The notes under the pieces were generated by a model. That model worked only from the letters and a program-made list of their open reading frames with translations. It made no database searches and was not told the origin of the DNA. Positions 40,062 through 50,295 of a stretch of 64,000 nt of DNA are shown here, in pieces (position 1 is the first letter of the stretch; each line of letters opens with the position of its first letter). Origin of the DNA: Eukaryota sp. TZLM1-RC (lineage: Eukaryota > Protista > Metamonada: BaSk clade); the NCBI GenBank assembly GCA_040285825.1, contig JAUPSS010000016.1:2777-66776 (forward strand), written 5' to 3'. The position numbers and the translations under genes were made by a program.

Positions 40062-40677
40062 ATGTCTTACTCATTCTCTTACACTTCTACAGACCTGCAA
40101 TCTCTTGCAGTCATCTCATCATCCAACAACAGTTCCTCTCAAGGAACATGGCAAAATGGAGAACCTCTCTCTGATGTCAACAAAGTCATTATTATTGTTG
40201 TTTTGATCATTGTTTTTAACATATTTGCTCTCGTATGTGTTACTTATATTCTTACTTCAGTTATGCATTCCTTGCTTTATTGCTCTCATGAAAAAACCTG
40301 AACAAGATGAAAACCATCAGTCGACTTCGCCTTTCCAAAAAACCACAGTCACTATAGATCGTCCCACCGGTGTTCTTTCAGTTGCTTCTGAAGGAATTGT
40401 CAACCAATTCACTACATATTCCATCCATGATATCGATAGAATTCGTAGCGGTCTTGATGGCCAAAAGGCAGCCGCTTTCATTTCCACCAAGCAAGGACTC
40501 CATATTTCCATCCCATTCAGCAGTTCTCTCTCTTCCCATGACCTCAATCTCATGATTAATAACCTCAATTCCGATCTGAATAATATTGGATCTACAAGCA
40601 ATGTACCCCGTTATTCAAGTGCTCCTTCCTATAATAATGTCCCGATATATGACGCTTCTGCTCCTAGTTTTATGTAA
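40062..40677 (+). CDS. Small membrane protein, two exons (40062-40232, 40261-40677)
   Basis: A 28-nt GTATGT...TTCAG intron (40233-40260) joins the two ORFs in phase 0, giving a continuous hydrophobic segment IIIVVLIIVFNIFAL|LCIPCFIAL. Confidence 0.7.
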
Positions 40678-41796
40678 ATAGTTTGTGTTTTTTTGGTTTT
40701 TTTGTTGTAAATTTGTGATTAATTGTTCAATTTTTTCAGTTCTTGTCTCATCGTATACAATTTGAAAAAGATTGCTTTTTTAACCCTAATCTAGACTTGT
40801 ATGAAACTGCCTTGGTGCACATTCAATGAAGTATAAGCCACTACCCTCATTACTTATACGTCAACCATTGAACCAACTGGCGATTTAACCATTTCTATCT
40901 CATCTGTGATTTCTGAATGTACTTTGTCTGACAGCATGAAGGTCATTTCTTTTGAAGGCACAATAGAATTCCTTTGGACATTCTTCTTGTTTTTACAACA
41001 GTATCGTAAAGTATTGCTCCGGCTCCTTTGTTGAACATAATGCAGACACTTTTTTTGATGTTTTTTATTATTTTTTACAGTTAACACTTACTATAATAAA
41101 ACCGCAACCAATAGGGAGCAATTCTTTATAACAAGATTTATTCTGCAAAAACTTGATCTATTGAACGTTCTCTCTTATGCAATTTTATTGGTCCTCATGA
41201 TACGTTCTAGAGATCAAATTTTACTTGAAAAATTTTGATTTGTGAGAATTGTTTTTTGAATTCTAAAATGAAGTACATGATACTGTAGAACACCATCATT
41301 TATGATGAGACGTATGTTGTAGTATATGATTATTTATGTAATGAGTTGCCAGCACTTTATGATAATTTCAATTGCAACTAATGTGTTTTAATGTTTTCTT
41401 CATAATTTTTGAATTCAGGAGAACAAATGTTTAGAAATAGTGGTCAATTTTTCAATGGAAATTTCATTTTCGGAGTTCAACTTGAAAAGTGTGTGGGGAA
41501 ATAGGAGTTGTATTTTTTTGGGAAAACACCAGTATTGTTGTTTTGACTGTGCATTTTAACTCAGATAAATTTCGCTCTAACATTGATTTGTTCTTCACCT
41601 GTTCCTTTCGTCATTTCTATTGTCGAAACAACTTATTCCAATTATTTACCCTGTTAACTGAACTGTTGCTTATGTATACGTAAGGAGCATTAATCATTCA
41701 CTTTGAACTATGGGCCAAATTATGGTATAATTAAACATCCAAAAATTCGCAGAATATCAGTTTTGCAACGTTTGTCCCTTATCATTGTTGTCATAG

Positions 41797-41869
41797 TCAC
41801 TCGTAGCACAACCGGCAGTGCGCTCGACTGTTAATCGAAAGGTTGTGAGTTCGAGCCTCACCGAGTGAG
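41797..41869 (+). tRNA. tRNA-Asn(GTT)
   Basis: TCACTCG/CGAGTGA acceptor stem, CTGTTAA anticodon loop, GTTCGAG T-loop, T5 terminator. Confidence 0.93.
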
Positions 41870-42056
41870 AAATTTTTGCAAATGAAATCCTGTTTTCTCG
41901 TTTTACATTTGAGTTGATTATCGGATGGTTTTCTGTTGTGATAAGTGTCAGATATATCTGTATATTTAATTTTGTTCAGCAATTTCAAGACGTTTCATGC
42001 AGAAAAGAAGTAAACTATTGTTGAGACATCGACCAAATTGTCAAAAACTTAAATCT

Positions 42057-42130
42057 TGCTCACTACAGGGATCGAACCTGTGACCTTCGCGTTATTAGCA
42101 CGACGCTCTAACCAACTGAGCTAAGAGAGC
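42057..42130 (-). tRNA. tRNA-Ile(AAT)
   Basis: GCTCTCTTAGCTCAGTTGGTTAGAGC..CTAATAA..GGTTCGATCCC..GTGAGCA. Confidence 0.93.
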
Positions 42131-42316
42131 AGCTTGACATGTAATCAAAAATTCTTCCTGCCCGTTGTTTTACAATTTCAACAAAATCATTTAGATAAAG
42201 CAAGTGGTATAAGCGTGCCATTTAGGGAAATAGAAAATGGACAAAAGACATAATGAGTATGCGATTCAGCATTCAAGGAAACCAACTGTATCAATTTTAG
42301 TGTTTTCGGCAATAGA

Positions 42317-42514
42317 CACTGTCTGTTGCCGAGCACTTAGTCACAGGTGAAGAAAAGGATTTTTATTACTCGAGTATTACTTGAGTATTGCTTGCTGTTC
42401 TCAAAACTGAGTATGAGTATTACTCAAACTTTTAAGTAATTCACTTGAGTTATACTTGAGTAAAGTCATTACTCAGTTTTGCTCGAGTAAAGTATTTTGC
42501 GGCAACAGACAGCG
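42317..42514. mobile_element. CACTG-ended MITE-like element with internal TACT(C/T)GAGTA palindromic repeats
   Basis: cactgtctgttgccg ... cggcaacagacagcg (15-bp TIR, 1 mismatch); GA on both flanks. Confidence 0.6.
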
Positions 42515-42529
42515 GATTCTGGTATTTTG

Positions 42530-42670
42530 ACTGAGCTAACGGTACCAAACGAGAGAGTAATGGTTCTAAGAAAGAAACAATTCTGTGTGACTTTGACATA
42601 CAATAGAGTTGATCCTTAACTGCATCATGAACTTGATCGGAAACTAATAAAATGTTTACAATTAAACAAC
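42530..42670 (-). mobile_element. Short RLE retrotransposon fragment
   Basis: VHDAVKDQLYCMSKSHRIVSFLEPLL, nearly identical to 55490-55570. Confidence 0.7.
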
Positions 42671-42920
42671 TGATTACGAGAAATTTTTCATCAACACTTG
42701 CAATTTTAAATACAATATACCACAATGTGATATTACCTTCCGTCATCAACAAAGACCAGTCGCTTAGTTAATATTGATATTGTGTTGTTGATTTGCAGTC
42801 TCATACAAGTCTATTTAGAACTATTTTTCAGAATGTAAATTGAAAAATTGATACAAATGATTTATTAATTTTCTTATTCTAGGGCAAGGCCAATTTAGCA
42901 AAAAACAACAAAAATTCCTC

Positions 42921-44015
42921 TTAACCTCCACTATGAACAATACAATGTTCCTCTATAACTTGACTCAACAACATCAATGCTCCCCAGCATGCTTGCCTCA
43001 TGACCTCTTCTCTAGTTCCCTTGAACACAAACTTCTCGACTTTATGCCTGGACAAACAAGACAGTGCAATAAAAACGGTGCCAACTGGCAGTGACGTGGC
43101 AGTAGGACCCGCAAAACAAGTAATTCCAATTGAAACGGTGGTGTCTAAAATACTTCGTATTGATTCAGCCATTCGTAAGCTAACTTCACTGGATACTTGA
43201 CCATATAGTTGAACAAAAGTTGGATCAATTCCAAGTAGTTTCTGCTTAGAGTCAATAGAGTAGGTGCAAACTCCACCCTTGAATAAGTCAGAGATGCCGG
43301 GAATAGTGGTCATCAGAGCAGAGAGAGCTCCACCTGTGCAACTCTCGGCGATGGCTAGGCAGTGTCCATGGCGAACGATATTGACAAAGGCAAGGGACAG
43401 AGGATCAAGGCACCGACGACCAATGATGTTCTTCTTGAAACGATGAAGTAGTTCAGCTTGTGCGATGGCTGTCAGCTCAGGGGGACCATAGATACAAACT
43501 CTCGTGAGAAAGTCAAATGTAGGTGAAACAGATATAAGTATCTCAGAGCAGAATTCAAGCTCTAGAAAGGTAGACACAATGTCAATGTAGGAGTGTGTAG
43601 GGAAGAAAAGATCTAAAAATGAACAGGATAATTCTACATTTGAAAGAATCTTATCAAGCTCATCTACCCGAAGCATTGTTTCTAATAGAGCATTCCGATC
43701 ACCACTACATTCAAACATGGCGATAGTATTTGGAAATGTTGTGATGTAGACATTAGCAGATGTACTATCAGCAAGAATTACATTATCTAATTGTGGAAGA
43801 TTTGGAGAATTCGGTATTGGACCAACAATGTAAACACTTTCTTCTTCAGTTGTAAGTAGTTTGGATCCAATCTGACATAACCACGAGTCCCATGATGTAC
43901 AACGGATTGTGTTGGTGAGTGTTGTTTCTTCAAAACAATGATGTGGGTCAAAGAGCAGCAACATAAAGTCTACTAAGAAATTGGTGAAGAAAGCTTTATC
44001 AATTATAGGTATCAT
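42921..44015 (-). CDS. cinA: CinA-like protein with C-terminal PncC (NMN deamidase) domain
   Basis: AIAESCTGG, PGIS..FKGG..TYS...K..LLG, GQVS..V..MA, IT..AGP..VGTV, F.G.REEV; divergent N-terminus. Confidence 0.85.
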   Translation of the reverse strand: MIPIIDKAFFTNFLVDFMLLLFDPHHCFEETTLTNTIRCTSWDSWLCQIGSKLLTTEEESVYIVGPIPNSPNLPQLDNVILADSTSANVYITTFPNTIAMFECSGDRNALLETMLRVDELDKILSNVELSCSFLDLFFPTHSYIDIVSTFLELEFCSEILISVSPTFDFLTRVCIYGPPELTAIAQAELLHRFKKNIIGRRCLDPLSLAFVNIVRHGHCLAIAESCTGGALSALMTTIPGISDLFKGGVCTYSIDSKQKLLGIDPTFVQLYGQVSSEVSLRMAESIRSILDTTVSIGITCFAGPTATSLPVGTVFIALSCLSRHKVEKFVFKGTREEVMRQACWGALMLLSQVIEEHCIVHSGG

Positions 44016-44195
44016 TCACATAGTTGAACTCAAATTGTAACAACTTGGTATAAATCTGATGTACACTCCATCTCAAACTCTTCCTTTATCGTTGTTTGTC
44101 TAATTCTGCATCAACAGATTAACACGTAGGGTTTACAGTGGATCTTGAAATAGCACAATCAAAATTGAAATTGATTTCCTTTTCCTTCAAACATA

Positions 44196-44939
44196 ATGCC
44201 AGTTGACATCAAGGTTGTGGAGAACAAAGATGAAATGGCCAAGCAAGTGGCTGCTGAGATCATAGATCTTATCAACACGAAGAAGCAGCAATGCCAAAAC
44301 TGTGTGCTATGTCTCCCCACTGGCTCAACTCCTATTCCGGTGTATCAAGAAATTGTTCGCCGATCCAAGGAAGAATCTATTGACTTTGGCCACGTTTACA
44401 CCTTCAACCTTGATGAATATTCTGGTCTACCCCACGATCACCCGGAAAGTTACCACTACTTTATGAACCAGAATCTCTTCAACCACATCAGCATCCCCAA
44501 GGACCATATCCATATCCCTGAAGGTTTTGATGATGATGAACAAGCTCGCAAGTTTGCTCAAGATTATGAATCCAAGATTAAACAGCTTGGTGGTTTAGAT
44601 CTCGCCATGCTTGGAATCGGACGTACTGGTCACATTGGTTTTAACGAACCTGGGGCAGAAAAGAACTCTCGTACCCGCAGAGTGGTCTTACATGAGGTAA
44701 CTCGCCAGGACGCCAAACCTGCCTTCCAACAACATGGAGAGGAAGTACCCACCCATGCTGTTACGATGGGCATTGGTTCTATCCTTGATAGTGAACGTAT
44801 CATCATGATGGCTACTGGTGCTAATAAGAAGGAGATTGTTGAGCGATTCCGTACAGAGGAACCAAGTACACAAAACCCCTCAACATTTTTGAAGGAACAT
44901 TCTAACTGCACCGTTTTTGTTGATCAGGCTGCTGCGTAG
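44196..44939 (+). CDS. nagB: Glucosamine-6-phosphate deaminase
   Basis: LPTGSTP, FNLDEY, HPESY..FM, GGLDL..LGIG..GHIGFNEPG, TMGIG. Confidence 0.95.
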   Translation: MPVDIKVVENKDEMAKQVAAEIIDLINTKKQQCQNCVLCLPTGSTPIPVYQEIVRRSKEESIDFGHVYTFNLDEYSGLPHDHPESYHYFMNQNLFNHISIPKDHIHIPEGFDDDEQARKFAQDYESKIKQLGGLDLAMLGIGRTGHIGFNEPGAEKNSRTRRVVLHEVTRQDAKPAFQQHGEEVPTHAVTMGIGSILDSERIIMMATGANKKEIVERFRTEEPSTQNPSTFLKEHSNCTVFVDQAAA

Positions 44940-45799
44940 TCTGTAGTTTGTAGATGCTATTACTATGGCAGTGGATTACATTCATAAATCACCATTCTTT
45001 GAGAGTTTGATTCAGTTTTTACATTGATTCAATGTTTTGTTAACCTGTGTTTAAGTAGTTGATTGTGCCACTTAACATTGTTTAACAAGGTTTTGAGTTT
45101 TAAGATTTGTCTAGGTAATCAATCAAAAATGATTGGGAATGTGACTTTTACTGCGAAGCTGCTGACATGAAGGAGTTTTTGTCTCTTGCGTTTAAATCTC
45201 TTAAATTTTTTCTATTAGTGTCAATTACTATTAACTATTATTATTTTTTATTTATTCTATTTTGTTTTATTCTTTAATCATTGTTATTCTGCAATAATCC
45301 TTCAAAATTGTATTTGAATCTCCTGCTTTACTGTTTCATTGCTGTAGATTAATGTGTGAATTTGCACACAAAATTTATTCAATATAAACACAAACTCTTG
45401 CACTCCTTCCTTTACATCATTCAAGGGATACTCATCACTTCTGTTGGCGTCTTCTCGATGAGTGGTGGGAAAGGTTCACCTTTTTGGGGAACAGAGTGCA
45501 CCACTGGAAGTGGGGATATCTTCAGGTTCTTAGTTAAGATTCGGGATAATCCATGTTTAATTCATCAGATTATCGACTAAGAGTATTGAATTATAACCAT
45601 TAAAAATGTGTACAACTTGTTAAACTTGCTAAACTTGTATAATGTGTCTGTTAGAGGGAGAAGCATTATGGCAGTGAGAGAGATGTGTGGCGGCTGTCTA
45701 AAAACGGTGTACATGGAACAACATCTTGAGGTATTGAGTATTCCAAACAATGGGGATCAAAGATTTGCTTGAGAAGATCGAAATTATTTTACATATAAT

Positions 45800-46150
45800 T
45801 TATTTAATAGAAACCAAACTTAGAAATAAACATGAAAATAATCGCATCTCTCCCAGACCAAAACAACTGGATGCAACTCTCTCATAGTGTGACCCAAGAG
45901 AAAGCAAAGCATCAGAAACCATCTTCAACATCCCTTCAAAAATGTAAAACCCAATTCTATTTTGCCAAAACAATTTGATTACAATCTTTGAAAATGTGCC
46001 AAAACAGATAAAGCAATGGGAGCAAGTGAACCACATAGGGAAAATACAGATGAATACAACAGGTACATGCTGTTGGGTAGACAATTTAGACATAGGTTCA
46101 CTCTATTAGGTTATTTTGAATTTTTTAGCATTTGAAAGAGGATTATGAAT
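45800..46150 (-). mobile_element. 3' fragment of RLE retrotransposon (same subfamily as 23120-23715)
   Basis: FWQNRI..IF.GMLKMVSDALLSLGSHYERVASS. Confidence 0.75.
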
Positions 46151-48167
46151 TTCAGAGATAGCTATCCCTTAGTTTTTTACTTGAGACATTACAACAATCA
46201 TCATACATTACCACCACAAAACCGAAGGTTCCCCCTAATCCAGGTGAACTAACCTGGGATGACATGATAGATTGAATAGTGGAGAGAGACAAACATACAG
46301 ACAGATTGTCTAGTTGATCATTGCAAATCATTTCGTGAATTGACTGATAGAAACATTTGGAGATTTGAGGTGCTGGGCTGAGGGAAAGGTATATGGCCCC
46401 AGTGATGTTTGCCAATTTTGAGAATAATTTGAAACTAAAATAAGAAAAACATATTAATCGATTTATCAATGTCTTTATTGACAAACCAAATTCGGGACAT
46501 GTGTTAGCAGAAATGCACAAGCTGGGTGGATACTCAACGCCATTCTCTACCATTATTTCACTTTATAGATTTAGGCTTGGTCAATTCAAATACTTGCTTT
46601 TAGTTGATGATAGAGATTGCTTGAGTTCTTTGTGTCATCATCCTGAAAATATTTCAGACCTTCTGAATGATGAATTTTTCGATTTATGTGAACAACATGA
46701 TATAAGAAATAGAGAACTTAGAGTCATGTTTGAAGGTCTTATTGAGCCATTCACTTGTCAAATTGAGAATTTGGTCACTGACGAGAATTTAGTTGATAAC
46801 ATATTTCCAGTGGATATACATTTTCTTGCAGACGCTGTAGAAACAGATCCTCAAGTATTCCTAACACCAGCAATTACAATTGCCCAATATTTCTCCAATA
46901 GAGAGAAAAAACCTTATCAAATTTCTCCTGTTTCAACCACTGTAGGCCCTGGATATTTTTTCATTGATACAAGAACAATATGGACAATTATTACACAAAC
47001 ATTGATGGACGATTTGTTGCCTAATCAGAGATTAAAAATGGTTAATACACAAGCCCAAGTTCATAGATTCAAACCACCTCAGCAATTTGCCTTTTGGTTT
47101 AATATTCTAGATTTAAATCAACCAATGTTCAAAAAGAAGAGCTATAAATTCAACAACATTATCCACACAGATGGATTTAATATTGCAGTAGAATTTGTTC
47201 GTCGGGATTTACAAGGTCAGAAATGCAAGCCAGACAACAAGGTTAGTATTTCTGATATATATTGATGATGTTGATGTTGATACTTTTCAAGGCAGACGAA
47301 TTGTTGTTTGTGATTCTGAAAAACGTGATTTATTGTAGTTTGAGAGTAAAAAGACTGATGAAGAACTAGCCATGGTTCCTCAGAATGAAACTGAACAGCA
47401 AAGTAATAGTCGGGGTTACAAATGGTTGAGAATGACTCAGATGTCCTGGTCTTTGAAAAGTAGGATGAATGAAAAACAGAAACGATGGGCGACAAAGTAT
47501 ACTGAGGTAGATTACGACAGGAACCAAATGATAGAGTCCAACGAAATGACAATTGAAGATGCAAACACCGAATTATCTGCGTTTGCTGCCAATTCAGCAA
47601 CTTTTATAGATTTTTCCAACTTTGTTGTTGCCAAACTTTGGCAAGTTTTTTTGACAAACGACTTTTATAGTCTTGACTTGTGGAGCATTCATAAAATGCA
47701 AGCTTTTATTCACAAGCAAAAGATTGAAAGTTGGTTGTTAAAAAGTCTTGTTCACCAGTTTGGCAACCCAAAAAACACTTTAATACTAATGGGTGATTAT
47801 GGTAAAAACGGTTTTAAGAATTTGAAACATCAGAGACCTACTCGAGGCATTGAATGGATTCAATTTCTGAAAAGAAATGGATTTGAAGTATTGATGATTA
47901 ATGAAGCTTTCACTTCAGCAAAATGTCCTGTTTGTTTTGAAAAGGTTGCTACGTTTTTGAGAGTAACAAATCCCAGATCCTAGAAGAGAAAAGACTCCTG
48001 TTACTACATGTCATGGTTTATTAGCTTGCAATAGCGAGAGTTGCAAACTCAGTAACAAAGGCTCAACAAAGCTTTTCAATAGAAATAAGTTGGCTTGTCT
48101 GAATATGTTTGCAATTGCTGAAGCGAGGATGAGTGGTAATGAAAGGCCTCAGTATCTGTGTAGTTGA
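46150..48167 (+). pseudogene. Near full-length Fanzor1 (eukaryotic TnpB, RNA-guided RuvC nuclease), disrupted; locus B
   Basis: FANFENN..KHINRFIN; FFIDT; FW..I.DL; FNNIIHTDGF; RuvC-I IVVCDSEKRDLL (decayed DPG); GDYG..PTRG..W..FL...GFEVLMINEAFTS..CPVC; CHGLLAC.SESC; FNRNKLACLNM; ERPQYLCS*. Confidence 0.9.
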
Positions 48168-50295
48168 TAGTTGTAATTATTCTACACGAAAATTGATCGT
48201 ATTTATGGGAATTTCTTACCCCTTTTTCTTCAATCTTATTGACAATATGATCACCATCTCTTCTTTCCTTCAAACTCTGCTGCTCACAAGTACTGGTGAC
48301 GTTTACCAATGGGGTGATGCTCGTTGTGCATTGATCCAATGTGACAATCGTGATGCTTTTCCAATTCCTGTCAAGCTTCCCTTATCCGATATAATCTCTG
48401 TCTCCACAAGTTCCACCCACAGCCTTGCACTATCTGCTGACAACCGAATCTATCAATGGGACGGTTCTTCATTTACACACCGTGATCCCTCATTCAAACT
48501 TAAACAAGTGTTTGCTGCTTCCGAATACTCTCTAGCTCTCACTGCTGATGGTAACCTTGTCCACTGGCGTCTTGATTCACCCATATTACCCGTGGAAGGC
48601 CTAGATGATGTTTGTTTTGTAACCCTTGAGTGGAATGATTTTGTTGCAATTGATACTAACAATAGAGCATTTTTTGCAAGGTATTCAAACTTTGGTAAAT
48701 TTAGAATTTCCACATTGAAAATTGAATTCAATGATTCTGAAATAATGGTGAATTCTTGTTCTTTAGGCGAGTCCTTTATTGCTTTTGTTGGAATTAACAA
48801 TAAAGTTTATTTAATGACAAAGAAACAAAATAAATTCCAGCCTGAACAATTTACCTGGTCAAATGCTTTTCTTGTAGATAACATTGATAATATCAAATCT
48901 GTTACTGCTATATACGATCAGTTCGTCGCTTTGGCTAATGATGGTAATGTTTATGGTTGGTCAGTGAAACCCTTCGCCTCACCATTATTTCTTTGGTCAG
49001 AACCTAGATTAATAAATTTTTTATCAAATATTGAATCTATTTTTAGTGGTGTTGGGTGTCTATTTGCAGTTAAAATTAATTCTAATTCTGCTTTCGCTTG
49101 GGGGTTCAATTCAAAAGGACAATTAGGTACAGGTGATTTGATTGATGTACCTAGGCCAATTAATGTTTTTGGATCTGAAATTACTGGAATCAAGTCTTTG
49201 AAACAATCAAATTCAATATTTTTTGATTTAATCAGAACTATTTTCATCAAATATTTCAAATATTTGAATCAAATTTTTAATGGACATCCATATGTTATTG
49301 CTAGATTTAAAGCAAAGTTGTCAGTTAGCTCAAAATTTCGGCTACTCTGCACTGACATTGTTGAAAATTTCAATTCGCATGAGTATCTCAGAAATCCGAG
49401 TGATTTGTCACAATTAAGATCACCGATTGCCCACTTGGAAGTAACCAAAATTTTAGATGAAAATTTGGTTGAAAATAATACAAATGTCGAGGAAATCTTT
49501 TTAAACACCAATGATTTATCTCTTTTCAATCAATTCTTACCTCTATTTCCAAATCTCAATACCCTTTCAATAACCTCTACCCAAAGTAATTCCAAAAGAA
49601 ACATACTAAACTTGGGTAGGTTGACCCCAATTAGGAATCTATTTTTAGACTGGGGATTAATCTCAACCATTGGTTCACTTCCACCTTTACTTTCAAAGTT
49701 GGTTTTTAAGCCGCCTACACTAAGTGTGATTTTTAGCTTGTCATTTGGGGAACAGGAAAATTTAAAACACTTGGAGATTTCTGCAATTGTGTATGATTTT
49801 CCTTCATTACCCACTTCACTAGTGAAGTTATCAGTTGCCTCATTTACCAGAATCAGCACGGTGGATTTCAGTAATTTAGTCAATTTAAAGGAGTTGTCAA
49901 TTACTCATAGCACTCTTTCCAAAAGAATTGTTCAAGGTAGAATTAATTTACCACCATCTATTACCAAACTACAACTTCAATCTGATTATTTAGAATTTGG
50001 CAAGTCTTTTTTCTTACCAAATTTGAAAGAGTTTGTCTTGAAAACAGTTTGTGTGGATAATTTTAATGTCAATAATTTTCCAAAATTAAACTTTATTTGC
50101 TTTAATGAACTTGAATCTAGGCAAAATTTCGAATGTTCTGCACTTTGTCCTTCACTTCTTTATGAATCAGGTTTGATTGAGTCCTTCTACAGGGTAAAAG
50201 GAGGGAATATGGTGAAACTGAAATCAAATATTTGGATTTATTACCCTTTTTGTGTAAGTTTTGAGTTTTTTAATAATTTATTTGAGTTTGAATAA
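48133..50295 (+). CDS. RCC1-repeat + LRR/FNIP-like protein (paralog of 34531-36792; real start probably ATG ~48247)
   Basis: GDVYQWG, HSLALS, AFAWGFNSKGQLGTGDLID.P.P..VFGSEI, HPY..ARF, LPTSLVKL. Confidence 0.85.
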   Translation: MVMKGLSICVVDSCNYSTRKLIVFMGISYPFFFNLIDNMITISSFLQTLLLTSTGDVYQWGDARCALIQCDNRDAFPIPVKLPLSDIISVSTSSTHSLALSADNRIYQWDGSSFTHRDPSFKLKQVFAASEYSLALTADGNLVHWRLDSPILPVEGLDDVCFVTLEWNDFVAIDTNNRAFFARYSNFGKFRISTLKIEFNDSEIMVNSCSLGESFIAFVGINNKVYLMTKKQNKFQPEQFTWSNAFLVDNIDNIKSVTAIYDQFVALANDGNVYGWSVKPFASPLFLWSEPRLINFLSNIESIFSGVGCLFAVKINSNSAFAWGFNSKGQLGTGDLIDVPRPINVFGSEITGIKSLKQSNSIFFDLIRTIFIKYFKYLNQIFNGHPYVIARFKAKLSVSSKFRLLCTDIVENFNSHEYLRNPSDLSQLRSPIAHLEVTKILDENLVENNTNVEEIFLNTNDLSLFNQFLPLFPNLNTLSITSTQSNSKRNILNLGRLTPIRNLFLDWGLISTIGSLPPLLSKLVFKPPTLSVIFSLSFGEQENLKHLEISAIVYDFPSLPTSLVKLSVASFTRISTVDFSNLVNLKELSITHSTLSKRIVQGRINLPPSITKLQLQSDYLEFGKSFFLPNLKEFVLKTVCVDNFNVNNFPKLNFICFNELESRQNFECSALCPSLLYESGLIESFYRVKGGNMVKLKSNIWIYYPFCVSFEFFNNLFEFE

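Noticed and set aside
48133-48246. Fanzor-RCC1 fusion or overlapping gene
   Set aside because: The ORF-track start is a GTG inside the Fanzor tail and in a different frame; the host gene more likely starts at ATG ~48247
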